Shown: positions 55,347-64,000 of the stretch, piece after piece
Position numbering within the stretch: the stretch's first letter is position 1
How the letters are laid out: every line of letters begins with the position of its first letter
Source: Candidatus Saccharimonadales bacterium
Lineage (GTDB): Bacteria; Patescibacteriota; Saccharimonadia; Saccharimonadales; EFPC-124
Reading direction: 5' to 3'
Assembly (NCBI GenBank): GCA_035457485.1
Contig: DATIBO010000006.1
Coordinates: 306,659 to 370,658, forward strand
Length of the DNA stretch: 64,000 bases
Translations under genes and position numbers: made by a program
The notes under the pieces: generated by a model
What the model was told of the DNA's origin: nothing
Database searches by the model: none
Seen by the model: the letters and a program-made list of their open reading frames with translations, nothing else

Positions 55347-55470
55347 TGGTCTCTATTAGGCCGTTGGTCTTAAATAACACAGATGACTTGCCGAATGCCT
55401 ATTTTGCGTAGTGAGAAAGTGTTACGCCCACTGCATGGTGGACTATTGGCGATAATGAGACAAGCGCTTT

Positions 55471-57222
55471 TTAGCGCTTAGCCTCATATCGATCAAAACC
55501 ATACTCCAAAAAGCCTTCGCCGCTCGTAAGATTTGGTAGTCCTTGTTGCAAATCATGTACCTGAGCAGACGGAATATCCCCTGTAATCACATACATTTGG
55601 CCTTGTACTTTCGTATCTTTAGGGACGGCGCGAAGTTTTGCCAGAGCTGACAAGACGCCAGCAATCGATTCGCTCGGGATTTCAAGCTTAAAGTGACAAA
55701 TTGGCTCACAAATTACCGTGCCCGCTTGCTCCAGAGCCACACGTAAGACCACTGGAGTTAGCTTACGAAAATGAGCCGCCGTTGTTCTAGGCGTGTCGCT
55801 GATTGGCTTGGCTGTTCCGTCCCCTGTGTAGTAACTGCAGTCAGTCATGGTAACAATACAGTCGGTAACCTCTAGATCATACAACCCTTGCTGGAGGGTA
55901 TCTTTAATATATTGTGTCATGTGCGCTACGAAGTTACCGGTGTTTTTGTAAATATATAGCGGGATGTAATGGTCTACGCCAAGTCGGAATATAACCCCCG
56001 AACCTGGTATTCCTGGCTCAATGCTTAGTCCCACCGTGGCCGAAGTAGGATTGCGCTCTTCTTGCAAGAATTCGGCCGCGTGGCCACTGCCTATTGGCCG
56101 CTCGATACAAATTGGCTGTGTCCGCTCAAATTGTGCGGCAACGCCAAAGTCATGTGCAAGCGTGGCGGCAATTACCTCCTTTTGCACTTCGCCATAGAGC
56201 GAGACGTATAACTTTTGGGTGCTTTGCCGAAGGTTAATGAGCGGATCTTGCTCGGCAAGCTGCTTGAGCGCAGCATGCAGCTTGGGCTGTTGGCCGGTAT
56301 TTTTTGCGACTACTGCCGCTTCTAGCGTTGGGGCCACGAATGAAAAGCCACTATTGCGAACGTCGCCTATTGTGTCGCCAACTTGTGCGTTTTCTAAGCC
56401 CCACACTTTGCCAATCTCGCCGGCTCTTATACTCGAAGCCTGGGCGCGGCCAAAAACTTGCAACGCACTCACTTTGCCGTATGCCAGCTTTTCGCGCGCC
56501 TTGATTGCACCTGAAAAGAGGCGCAGGTAAGCAATTTTCTCACCCCGCGGCCCGCGCTCAATCTTGAAGATAGTACCGGAGGTAGTATTACTATAGGTTA
56601 GTGAGATCGGCAATATTAGAGGTAAGGCTCGCATCAAATCCTCGACTCCAGCGCCTGTGATTGCCGACCCAAAGAACACAGGGGTTGCGTTGGAAGGCTG
56701 GCATTGTGGCTTGAGTTTAAAGCTGGCATTGGGCTGGCCGATATTTTCTACCATGCCCATTGGTACAATCTTCAGCGCTAATTTGGTTGCAATTACATCG
56801 AGCAAATCAGAATATCGAGCACCCACACGGTCAATCTTATTCACAAAAATGACAGTCGGGATTTTTAATTTTTGCAAGGCTACCGTCAAAATGCGCGTCT
56901 GCGGTTGCACTCCCTCGACGGCCGAAATGACCAACACTACGCCGTCAAGCACACTTAAAACGCGCTCGACCTCGGCAATAAAGTCCGGGTGTCCGGGTGT
57001 GTCGATTAAGTTAACGCGAGTTTCGCCAATGTCAAACGAGGCCACGGCGGATTTTATCGTGATGCCGCGCTGACGCTCAAGTACGAGCGAATCCGTTTGA
57101 GTATTGCCCGCGTCTACACTGCCGACATTTTTAATAACCCCAGCAGCATAAAGCAGCCGCTCAGTTAAACTTGTTTTACCGGCGTCTACATGAGCCAGTA
57201 TTCCTAGATTTAGATATTTCAT
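55471..57222 (-). CDS. Tet(M)/Tet(O)-type ribosomal-protection GTPase homologue (EF-G-like)
   Basis: The N-terminus LNLGILAHVDAGKTSLTERLLYAAGVIKNVGSVDAGNTQTDSLVLERQRGITIKSAV...NLIDTPGHPDFIAEVERVLSVLDGVVLVISAVEGVQPQTR...NKIDR closely parallels the Tet(M) G-domain. 583 aa. Confidence 0.75.
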   Translation of the reverse strand: MKYLNLGILAHVDAGKTSLTERLLYAAGVIKNVGSVDAGNTQTDSLVLERQRGITIKSAVASFDIGETRVNLIDTPGHPDFIAEVERVLSVLDGVVLVISAVEGVQPQTRILTVALQKLKIPTVIFVNKIDRVGARYSDLLDVIATKLALKIVPMGMVENIGQPNASFKLKPQCQPSNATPVFFGSAITGAGVEDLMRALPLILPISLTYSNTTSGTIFKIERGPRGEKIAYLRLFSGAIKAREKLAYGKVSALQVFGRAQASSIRAGEIGKVWGLENAQVGDTIGDVRNSGFSFVAPTLEAAVVAKNTGQQPKLHAALKQLAEQDPLINLRQSTQKLYVSLYGEVQKEVIAATLAHDFGVAAQFERTQPICIERPIGSGHAAEFLQEERNPTSATVGLSIEPGIPGSGVIFRLGVDHYIPLYIYKNTGNFVAHMTQYIKDTLQQGLYDLEVTDCIVTMTDCSYYTGDGTAKPISDTPRTTAAHFRKLTPVVLRVALEQAGTVICEPICHFKLEIPSESIAGVLSALAKLRAVPKDTKVQGQMYVITGDIPSAQVHDLQQGLPNLTSGEGFLEYGFDRYEAKR

Positions 57223-57313
57223 TTAAAGAATGTGCTTTCGTGTTGAGTTTGTAGTTGTGAGTTAAGATGGTCTTTTGAAACATAGAATCTCCTGTTTGTT
57301 GATTATTTTGAAA

Positions 57314-57884
57314 CTAATTATTTGTATTAAACTTTATATCTGCCGCTAAGTCCGGCCGGTACTTTGCCATAAAGTCGCGTTCGTTCGGCATCCAAATATT
57401 GAGCCACAACCAGTCGTGATTATTGGCAATTGAAATATCGCGCGACATGCCACGTTTTGTGGCAACTTCGAGCGGGCAATCTACCCATATTTTATAGCCG
57501 TAAAACCTCAATATATCTGGGTGAAACATGCTTAATCCTTCGACAATGAGGTATTGGGATCTTGGCACAACACGCCACTCTCCAAGCCGGTCGTTTTTCC
57601 AGTCGTAGACTTGGTGACTAATTTTGCAAAGCTGGTTCAAGCACTTGTTTTTGCAAGCGCGGGCGATCGTAGCTATTCCAATCTTCTGTGCGATGTCGGC
57701 AACGGCTGATAATAAAGTCGTCAGCAGCGATTACTTCGGCATTGCCAAGTTTTTCTTTGAGCTTCGCTGCCAGCGTTGACTTACCCGAGCCGCCGTAGCC
57801 AGAAATAGCGATGATGATCGGACAATTTTTGTGTTGTTTTAGTTTTTGTATAGCAGTTACAATTTCTTGCATATTTTTCTCCAA
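57314..57884 (-). pseudogene. P-loop uridine-kinase-like NTP kinase split by a frameshift
   Basis: The N-terminal ORF (57618-57884, Walker A GYGGSGKST) and the C-terminal ORF (57314-57640) overlap in different frames around an A4 run (TTGCAAAATTAG). Confidence 0.6.
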
Positions 57885-58068
57885 AAAGAAACGAGCGCCT
57901 TATGCGAAAGCTAGTAGCTTAAGCGGCGCTCGTTTCTTTATAGATTAAATATGTTTAGACACAACAAAAAACAGTGCTTAAGCGACTAGTTTAAAAGTTG
58001 TGTTCCTGCCATGTATTAAATCTTTCCTTTTATTGTATTAAAGCATAAACATGTAATGTTAGTCAAGC

Positions 58069-58093
58069 TGGCACTCCTAAAAGGAATCGAAAC
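58069..58093 (-). repeat. Second decayed copy of the tRNA-Glu 3' end
   Basis: TGGCACTCCTAAAAGGAATCGAAAC versus TGGTGATCCCAAGGGGAATCGAACC. Confidence 0.5.
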
Positions 58094-58118
58094 ATTCTCC
58101 AGAGGTAGTTTACTAAAC

Positions 58119-58150
58119 AAAAAACTCCACGATTTAATATGGAGTTTTTT
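58119..58150. terminator. Bidirectional A/T-flanked hairpin (diverged copy of the tRNA-flank hairpin)
   Basis: AAAAAACTCCA-N10-TGGAGTTTTTT. Confidence 0.6.
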
Positions 58151-58191
58151 GTCATCTGTAGAGTTTCCAAAGAAGATGAGAATGATGTCTT

Positions 58192-58230
58192 GGTGACCTC
58201 ACTGGATAAAAGATGGAACACTATTTACCC
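58192..58230 (+). repeat. R repeat copy 4
   Basis: GGTGACCTCACTGGATAAAAGATGGAACACTATTTACCC. Confidence 0.8.
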
Positions 58231-58453
58231 AGGTTTTCTATTAATCTTCGAAAGGCTAAAGCGGGTTGGAATCTATTTAAGAAAACAGGATGTTCTCTTA
58301 CGTAAAAGCTTTGTTGTTCATTAAATTAAAATGCCCAGTCTACACTGGGCACCATTTTTGCGTCGTGACAGACGTGTCGCCAACGTTGCGCATGTAGATC
58401 CGTGGTCATTGTCGTACAATGGATATCAGATTTACAAGGCAGGATGGAGACAT

Positions 58454-58951
58454 ATGACAAAAATCTTTACCGAACAAGAAAACCAATCATGGGCACAAAA
58501 ACTACCTGGCAAAATGACAAGTGCCTGTATTGCACTACGCTCATCGGACAAAGTACTCATGGTGAAGGCGAGCTACAAAGACCACTGGACATTTCCAAGC
58601 GGCATCGTTGACCCAGGCGAATCACCTAAAGCAGCTGCTATCCGCGAGACACTCGAAGAGGTTGGGCTAACGGTTCCATCTGACGATTGTCAGCTTTTGA
58701 CCGTTATCTACACAGCTGCCGCCCACGAGGCTGATCGTGACCGATTCAATTTCGCATTCGTTTCAGATGCTTTCGATGAGAACATCGATTTATCTGTTCC
58801 GAATGACGAGATTGAGAAGGCTGAGTGGGTGAACTTCAACAAAGTGGCCGAACGATCTGGCGGCAAAGGTAGCTACGCTAACTTTCAGCGACTACTGCTT
58901 GCTGCCGACAATTCGGAGCCTTACGTCGAAGTCCACCCCGCAGCGAACTAG
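58454..58951 (+). CDS. NUDIX hydrolase
   Basis: Nudix box GIVDPGESPKAAAIRETLEEVGL. Start moved to the ATG after GGAG, because the track N-terminus spans a terminator-like hairpin at 58331-58362. Confidence 0.75.
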   Translation: MTKIFTEQENQSWAQKLPGKMTSACIALRSSDKVLMVKASYKDHWTFPSGIVDPGESPKAAAIRETLEEVGLTVPSDDCQLLTVIYTAAAHEADRDRFNFAFVSDAFDENIDLSVPNDEIEKAEWVNFNKVAERSGGKGSYANFQRLLLAADNSEPYVEVHPAAN

Positions 58952-58955
58952 ATCA

Positions 58956-59279
58956 CTAGATTTCTACTAGCCGTGCCAACTCATCCCAGAAGAATTTGTA
59001 GTAGGCCGGTTCGTAGTGCACCGGGTTGAGGCCCCATGGATGAGAAGCCGACCCTACGAAGAGCTGCTGAGGGTAGACGATCTGTCGACAGCCGGACTCA
59101 GCCTTGAACATATCGTCGACGCCAGCCCAGCGTTCATTCTTCGCACTGAGTCGCTCCGGCCCCGCAAAGCTTCCGTCCCCACCTGACTGGTAGCCAGAGT
59201 AGCTGAGCGCAAACCGAGCGGAGTTCAGAACAAGTACGGCGTTGGGCAGCTGGCGACTGTCCTTGCTGGAAGCGTTCAT
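58956..59279 (-). CDS. GC-rich hypothetical protein (107 aa)
   Basis: Start taken at the internal ATG (MNASSKDSRQL...). The upstream track codons are AT-rich. No recognisable family. Confidence 0.45.
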   Translation of the reverse strand: MNASSKDSRQLPNAVLVLNSARFALSYSGYQSGGDGSFAGPERLSAKNERWAGVDDMFKAESGCRQIVYPQQLFVGSASHPWGLNPVHYEPAYYKFFWDELARLVEI

Positions 59280-59533
59280 GCTACACTTTCTTTGAGTGGT
59301 TTTCGATTGTAAATGTTCTATAAGCCGCCGAATTACATAGAAATAAAGGCGAAACACCTTCTATCTTAAATAAACTTCAGCGGCCTACTACAAACAGGTT
59401 GGCATTTTTGATTCTGATGACGAAGTAATCGATGGTTAATATTCCAAGTATTTAACCGTAACCTGGCAGGTCGGAGCCATTGCGTCCATCCGTACCCCGG
59501 TTGCTCCAGTGAGTCTTCAAAATAACAGAGTTA

Positions 59534-59589
59534 AACAAAAAAGCCCCACAAAATAAATTATGGAACTCTTTCGTATCTGTTGATAATTT

Positions 59590-59595
<6 letters not shown>
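59534..59595. repeat. tRNA-Glu 3'-flank unit (master copy) incl. terminator-like hairpin
   Basis: AACAAAAAAGCCCCACAAAATAAATTATGGAACTCTTTCGTATCTGTTGATAATTTTGGTGA, duplicated at 53721-53782. Confidence 0.7.
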
Positions 59596-59664
<69 letters not shown>

Positions 59665-59729
59665 GTAACGGTATTAACAGATGTAAATTATAACAAAATA
59701 ATGATAATTGTAAAGCCCTAAAACGGTGA

Positions 59730-59771
59730 ACGCCCCGGTAGCGTGACAGGTTCGTCACACTTCCGGGGCGT
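59730..59771 (-). terminator. Compound GC hairpin after the SPFH gene
   Basis: ACGCCCCGG...CCGGGGCGT outer stem enclosing GTGAC-N6-GTCAC. Confidence 0.5.
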
Positions 59772-59822
59772 CTTCCGCAGAGCACTTACATGTTGCGGGC
59801 GCGAGCCATCAGGCTCGCTTTG

Positions 59823-60854
59823 TTACTTGGCCGGCGCCTTCGGGTCGGGGATGGTGATCCCCAGCCCGGCTCCCCCGAGGGAGAGCAGGCCGTCCGGCAG
59901 GGCGTTCAGCGCGTCGATCTGTGCGCAGCTCGGGCACGTGTTGTACCCGCGCTGGCGCGCCTCGTTCGCGTCGGCGTCCAGCACGGCCTTGGCCTTGGCC
60001 GCCTGCGCGGCGTTGGCGTCGGCCCAGGCGGCCAGCGTCTTGTCGATGCTCGTCTGAACCTTGTCGCTGATGACCAGTTCGACGCTGTTGAACACGACCT
60101 TGATCTCGCCGACCCAGCCGCCGAGCTTGGCCAGCTCTTCCTCGAGCCGCTTCTGCACGGCCGTCTGGATCTTCTCCCGGTTCGACGTCGCCTCAGGCGT
60201 CATCGCATCCGGGTTGATCACCTCCACGGGAGTCTGACCAGGCTTGACCTCGGTGGTGGTCTGCGGCTTGACCAGCTTGCACTTCGGGTTGAGCGCAGTG
60301 CAGTCGTACTTGACGATCTCGTCGCGGATGGCCGCGTCCGAGGCCTTGATCAGCACCGCGTCCAGGAAGGCGCGCCACCCCTTGAGCTCGTCGTACGAGT
60401 CGGACGGGAAGTAGAACTCCCCGTCGGCGCCCCGGTACTTGCGCGAGCCGTAGCTCGCGTCGAACTCCTTCAGCTTCTCGGCGTCACCCGTGATCGTGAT
60501 CAGCATCTGCCCCTTGATGCCGACGTCGATGCCGTCGCGCGTGGGGAAGGCGTTGTAGTTCACGCCGGGCTCGTCGGTCTTGTATGCGCCGACGAAGTCG
60601 ATGGGCTGCGGGGAACTGGGGTAGTACCGGACCTTCGACCACCAGCCGGTCCACTTGATGTTGGAGCCGGATCCGATGGTCATGAAGGGCTTACGGTCGT
60701 CGAACGGGCCGCCGTTGCGGACGACCGCGATCTGGCCGCTCTCGGTACTGGTGTAGCTGTCGAGAACGCCGACGAAGCCGACGCTACCGATCAGCGCGAG
60801 GAGGACGAAGAAGCCCTTCGTGGGCCCCGATCGCTCTCTCAGCCAGTCGATCAT
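59823..60854 (-). CDS. GC-rich membrane-anchored SPFH/band-7 (prohibitin-like) domain protein
   Basis: N-terminal TM, then GQIAVVRNGG...-type SPFH start, and a C-terminal Ala/Lys-rich coiled region. Start at the ATG after GGGAG. Strongly G/C-ending codons. Confidence 0.6.
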   Translation of the reverse strand: MIDWLRERSGPTKGFFVLLALIGSVGFVGVLDSYTSTESGQIAVVRNGGPFDDRKPFMTIGSGSNIKWTGWWSKVRYYPSSPQPIDFVGAYKTDEPGVNYNAFPTRDGIDVGIKGQMLITITGDAEKLKEFDASYGSRKYRGADGEFYFPSDSYDELKGWRAFLDAVLIKASDAAIRDEIVKYDCTALNPKCKLVKPQTTTEVKPGQTPVEVINPDAMTPEATSNREKIQTAVQKRLEEELAKLGGWVGEIKVVFNSVELVISDKVQTSIDKTLAAWADANAAQAAKAKAVLDADANEARQRGYNTCPSCAQIDALNALPDGLLSLGGAGLGITIPDPKAPAK

Positions 60855-61063
60855 GGCAAACTCCCAGTTGTGCATGAGCAATACGGTTGCTCACCCGGAG
60901 AAGATTAAAATCCCCTCATAAAAAAGCCAGAAAGCCCTGGCCGTCTTAAGAAGAGATTTTTGTCTTCAGCGATCTAAAATATACAACTTTTTTTACTAAA
61001 CGTCAACTATTTTGTATATTGTGCACTTCTCCTTTTAAGCTCGATCTGTTATCCTATAGGTCG

Positions 61064-62479
61064 ATGAACAAGATTAAATCTTTTAAAAGGGCAAAAATTT
61101 TAGCTACGGTCGGCCCGGCTAGTGACAGTTATGAGACTATCCTAGACATGATCAAAGCAGGCGTTAACGGCTTTAGGCTTAACTTTAGCCATGGAACTCA
61201 CGAGGAACGTGACATCCAGATCCCACTTATTCGCAAAGCGAGCCGAGAAGTTGGTAAGCCGGTTGCGATTTTGCAAGATTTACAAGGTCCAAAAATTCGT
61301 TTAGGCGATTTTGAGGGCGAGATCGCTGTTAAAAATGGCGAGATCTGGACTTTGGTTTATAAGCAAGACCTTAAAAGCGACAAAGAACTGCCTGTTCAGT
61401 TCGACTTAAGCCAAAAATGCAAGCCAGGCGAGCGTGTTTACATTTTTGATGGCAAAGTTAAAACAATCATTACAGCCGTAAACCCATCCCGCGTAACTGT
61501 AAAAGTCGAAAATGACGGAATTTTAATGCAGCGCAAGGGCATTAACTTGCCAGACACCGATTTTGGTGGTGATGTTATTACCGAAAAAGACATGCGCGAT
61601 ATTGATTATGGTGCCGACAAAGATATCGACTATGTGGCAATGAGCTTTGTGCAGACGGCAGAAGACGTCTTGAAACTTAAGAGCTTGCTCGCTGAGCGTG
61701 GTTCTCGCGCTAAAGTTGTTTCTAAAGTCGAGACTCAAGCGGCAATCCGCGAAGAAAACCTAGAAGCTATTGTTATGGCTAGCGACGCAGTCATGGTCGC
61801 GCGTGGTGACTTGGCGGTAGAAACCAGCCCAGAGATCGTGCCAATTGTACAGCGCCAAATTTTGCAACTAGCGCAAAAACACGGCAAAATCAGCATTGTT
61901 GCCACACAAATGATGGCCAGCATGCAAAATAACCCAGAACCAACCCGCGCCGAAGTTAGTGACGTTGCCAACGCGGTTATTACTGGCGCTGATTGCGTAA
62001 TGCTTAGCGACGAAACCGCAAATGGAAAATACCCAGTAGAAACCGTGGCCACAATGAAGCGCGTGATTATGTACACCCAAGACCACGCCCCAGTACGACC
62101 ATTGTTTTACAGTGAAGACAATCACAACACTCAAGATGCGATCAGCTCCGCTGCGATCACATTGGCTCACCAAATTGGTGCAACTGCGATAGTTTGCGAA
62201 ACAAAATCTGGTGCAACTGCACTCAGTATTGCTGCTCATCGCCCAAGTATGCCAATTATTTCGGTCACCTCTGACGCTCGCGTAGCTCAGCAGCTTTGCC
62301 TGATGTATGCAAACAAGAGCTTCTTGCGACCAGATGGCGAAACTGCCGGATTAACCCAAGCTCAAGACTTGGTTAAAAAAGGTACTTTACACAAAGGCGA
62401 TAAAGTTGTTCTAGTTAGCGGTCGCCAACCAGGTTTAATTGGTGGAACCGACACGATAAAAGTTAGAGTTTTAGAGTAG
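61064..62479 (+). CDS. pyk: Pyruvate kinase
   Basis: KILATVGPAS, GVNGFRLNFSHG, MVARGDL and ATQMM signatures. Start moved to the internal ATG (MNKIKSFKRAKI). Confidence 0.93.
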   Translation: MNKIKSFKRAKILATVGPASDSYETILDMIKAGVNGFRLNFSHGTHEERDIQIPLIRKASREVGKPVAILQDLQGPKIRLGDFEGEIAVKNGEIWTLVYKQDLKSDKELPVQFDLSQKCKPGERVYIFDGKVKTIITAVNPSRVTVKVENDGILMQRKGINLPDTDFGGDVITEKDMRDIDYGADKDIDYVAMSFVQTAEDVLKLKSLLAERGSRAKVVSKVETQAAIREENLEAIVMASDAVMVARGDLAVETSPEIVPIVQRQILQLAQKHGKISIVATQMMASMQNNPEPTRAEVSDVANAVITGADCVMLSDETANGKYPVETVATMKRVIMYTQDHAPVRPLFYSEDNHNTQDAISSAAITLAHQIGATAIVCETKSGATALSIAAHRPSMPIISVTSDARVAQQLCLMYANKSFLRPDGETAGLTQAQDLVKKGTLHKGDKVVLVSGRQPGLIGGTDTIKVRVLE

Positions 62480-62548
62480 CTTTATTACTAATAAGTTCTG
62501 AAACGAGGGAGCTGTGGCGCGAGGCCATGCTCCCCCAGTTTCGTTCGT

Positions 62549-63082
62549 TCAGCAACCGCCGACTGTGTTGAGTGGGACGCGGAGCTGATCGGCGTACCAC
62601 CGTCGAGTGTGTGGCCGAGTGTATGGCACGGTCGGAGTCTGAAGTTCCTGACGCTGCGACTGCGTGAGTGTGGTCAGGTAGTTCATCAGAATCCGATTGG
62701 AGTGCGAGTTGTTGGGCAGCCGGCGGGCGAACAACTGTTCGCACCAGGCATCCCACATCACTCGGTTGATCAGGTACACGTTCTTGTGCGAGCCGTTGAT
62801 GACCCCGTTGGTCAGTTCGCGAACAGTTCCGCGAGCGATGATGACGCCGAGCACCAGCGCGATGACTGACGTGATCGCCCAGAACGCAGTGCGCCCGTTA
62901 CCGGTGATCTCGAACAGCTTCACGATACAGAAGATGATGATCTGAAAGATCAGCATCGAGAGGCCCGGCACCCAGCCGTGGTTGTTGTAAGCCCAGGCCT
63001 TGAGCGAGCGGGGCTTGCGGCTGATAGCCACATACGTGTTCATGTGCTTCCGATCTGCTCGTAGACGAACAAAACTTGCCAT
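62549..63082 (-). CDS. GC-rich 2-TM membrane protein (177 aa), unknown function
   Basis: Track ORF with G/C-ending codons. An AT-rich, SD-less upstream region has TATGAT 5 nt before the ATG. Confidence 0.55.
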   Translation of the reverse strand: MASFVRLRADRKHMNTYVAISRKPRSLKAWAYNNHGWVPGLSMLIFQIIIFCIVKLFEITGNGRTAFWAITSVIALVLGVIIARGTVRELTNGVINGSHKNVYLINRVMWDAWCEQLFARRLPNNSHSNRILMNYLTTLTQSQRQELQTPTVPYTRPHTRRWYADQLRVPLNTVGGC

Positions 63083-63124
63083 ACTATATCATAATTTTAT
63101 TAAAATGTACATAAGTTCAGACTT

Positions 63125-63152
63125 CCAACTGCCAGCACGGGGCGGCAGTTGG
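63125..63152 (-). terminator. Hairpin after the 63169-63672 gene
   Basis: CCAACTGCC-N10-GGCAGTTGG, a 9-bp stem with no T-tract. Confidence 0.4.
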
Positions 63153-63168
63153 GTAGTCCTCGTTCTGG

Positions 63169-63672
63169 TCAGACGTTCTTGGCTGGGAAGGCGTAGCTGA
63201 GTAGGTTCTGCAGGGCGTTGTTCCGGTCTTCGCTGGTGCTTTCGGCCGTGTTGACCGACCACCAGAAGCCGGCATTCTGCGCCAGAATGCGCTCTGCCGT
63301 GAGCACATCGATCGGACCGACCTCGGTGGCCCGAGCCCGCATCATTTGGAGCCACAGCTTGTGTAGATCCCGGCGGATGATCGTGATGCCTGCGACCCGG
63401 TTACGGCTGATGACGTCTTCTGCGACGACCGTCATCCCGAAGCCCATGAACATCACGGTGAAGATCGCGACGACCAAGACGGCCAAGTACTCAAGGAGCG
63501 AGTACGCGTCTCCCGCGTTTGCGCGCTTGATCAGCCCATTCGTGATCAGGCCGAACACAAGAACGCCCCATGTCATCAGATGCGCGAAGCGGTGGTTGAA
63601 CACCCACTTCATCACGCTGAGGCGGTCGCCGATTGCGATACGATCGCCCTCTCGCCAAAAGACATTTTTCAC
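63169..63672 (-). CDS. GC-rich 2-TM membrane protein (167 aa), unknown function
   Basis: Track ORF with a GTG start after GGAGGAGGG. Its architecture is similar to 62549-63082. Confidence 0.55.
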   Translation of the reverse strand: MKNVFWREGDRIAIGDRLSVMKWVFNHRFAHLMTWGVLVFGLITNGLIKRANAGDAYSLLEYLAVLVVAIFTVMFMGFGMTVVAEDVISRNRVAGITIIRRDLHKLWLQMMRARATEVGPIDVLTAERILAQNAGFWWSVNTAESTSEDRNNALQNLLSYAFPAKNV

Positions 63673-63791
63673 TTGCCCTCCTCCAATTCTCGGAGTTGAC
63701 TCTTGTGGAACGAGTCTACGGCCAGTAATTATACAACTTAATTAAAACTTGTCAAAATGAATTAACCGCCTGCTTATGCTTAAATACAAGT

Positions 63792-64000
63792 ATGACTTTT
63801 GATAAAAAAACCATAAAAGACGTGCCGCTGCACGGAAAGACTATTCTAGTTCGCGCCGACTACAATGTGCCGCTGACTAAAAATGGCGAAATTAGTGACG
63901 ATTACAGATTACGTGAATCGCTCCCAACCCTAAAATACCTGATTAAAGCTGGCTGCAAAATAATTATTTGCTCGCATTTAGGACGACCCGAAGGCAAAGT
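63792..64000 (+). CDS. pgk: Phosphoglycerate kinase (N-terminal part; runs off window)
   Basis: My translation is [28 protein letters not shown]..., a canonical Pgk N-terminus. Open to the window edge, so absent from the track. Confidence 0.9.
   Translation, partial: MTFDKKTIKDVPLHGKTILVRADYNVPLTKNGEISDDYRLRESLPTLKYLIKAGCKIIICSHLGRPEGK

Noticed and set aside
53778-58230. Whether the four 39-bp R repeats form a CRISPR array.
   Set aside because: Spacing is irregular (about 0.75 to 2.9 kb), the intervals contain whole genes, there are no short uniform spacers and there are no cas genes.
59790-60908. 372-aa plus-strand ORF rich in Arg/Leu/Gly/Asp.
   Set aside because: It is the antisense of the SPFH-type gene. 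Its low-complexity composition is typical of spurious reverse-frame ORFs in high-GC DNA.

Overview
This is a gene-dense, AT-leaning bacterial window that looks like a small-genome CPR/Patescibacteria organism. Saccharibacteria/TM7 fits best, but the taxon is inferred from gene content and protein sequences only.

Native backbone:
- tatA/tatC.
- A CIRCE-controlled hrcA-grpE / dnaK / dnaJ chaperone locus.
- A glycogen-type glycosidase plus a GT4 glycosyltransferase.
- An ATP-grasp / RimB-like / RimK trio.
- folD, umuD/umuC, and efflux MFS genes with HxlR and CGNR regulators.
- A seven-gene type IV pilus block with its own two-component pair.
- An AlaX-like editing protein next to a mitochondrial-style PheRS.
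- pyk and pgk.
- tRNA-Lys(UUU) and tRNA-Glu(UUC).
- I saw no rRNA, CRISPR array, transposase or integrase.

The main feature is a compositional mosaic. At least seven short, sharply bounded GC-rich islets with G/C-ending codons sit inside the AT-rich backbone. Most islet genes have a Shine-Dalgarno-like site, and most are followed by a GC-rich hairpin.

The largest islet (about 46.37-49.06 kb) is a complete lasso-peptide cluster in the order A-C-B1-B2. Its 38-aa precursor is absent from the ORF track. The predicted core is GSAGNDKKDDTQYWV with a G1-D9 ring.

Other islets encode:
- Two DnaJ-zinc-finger-like Cys-rich mini-proteins and a membrane protein, inserted between grpE and dnaK.
- A Gly-rich basic peptide.
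- A membrane protein plus a lipoprotein.
- An SPFH protein abutting tRNA-Glu.
- A pair of 2-TM proteins between pyk and pgk.

A second notable structure is a 6-kb cassette-like array beside tRNA-Glu (53.7-59.7 kb). It contains four copies of a roughly 39-bp direct repeat, two decayed copies of the tRNA-Glu 3' end, and a duplicated tRNA flank. Its cargo includes a Tet(M)/Tet(O)-type ribosomal-protection GTPase homologue.
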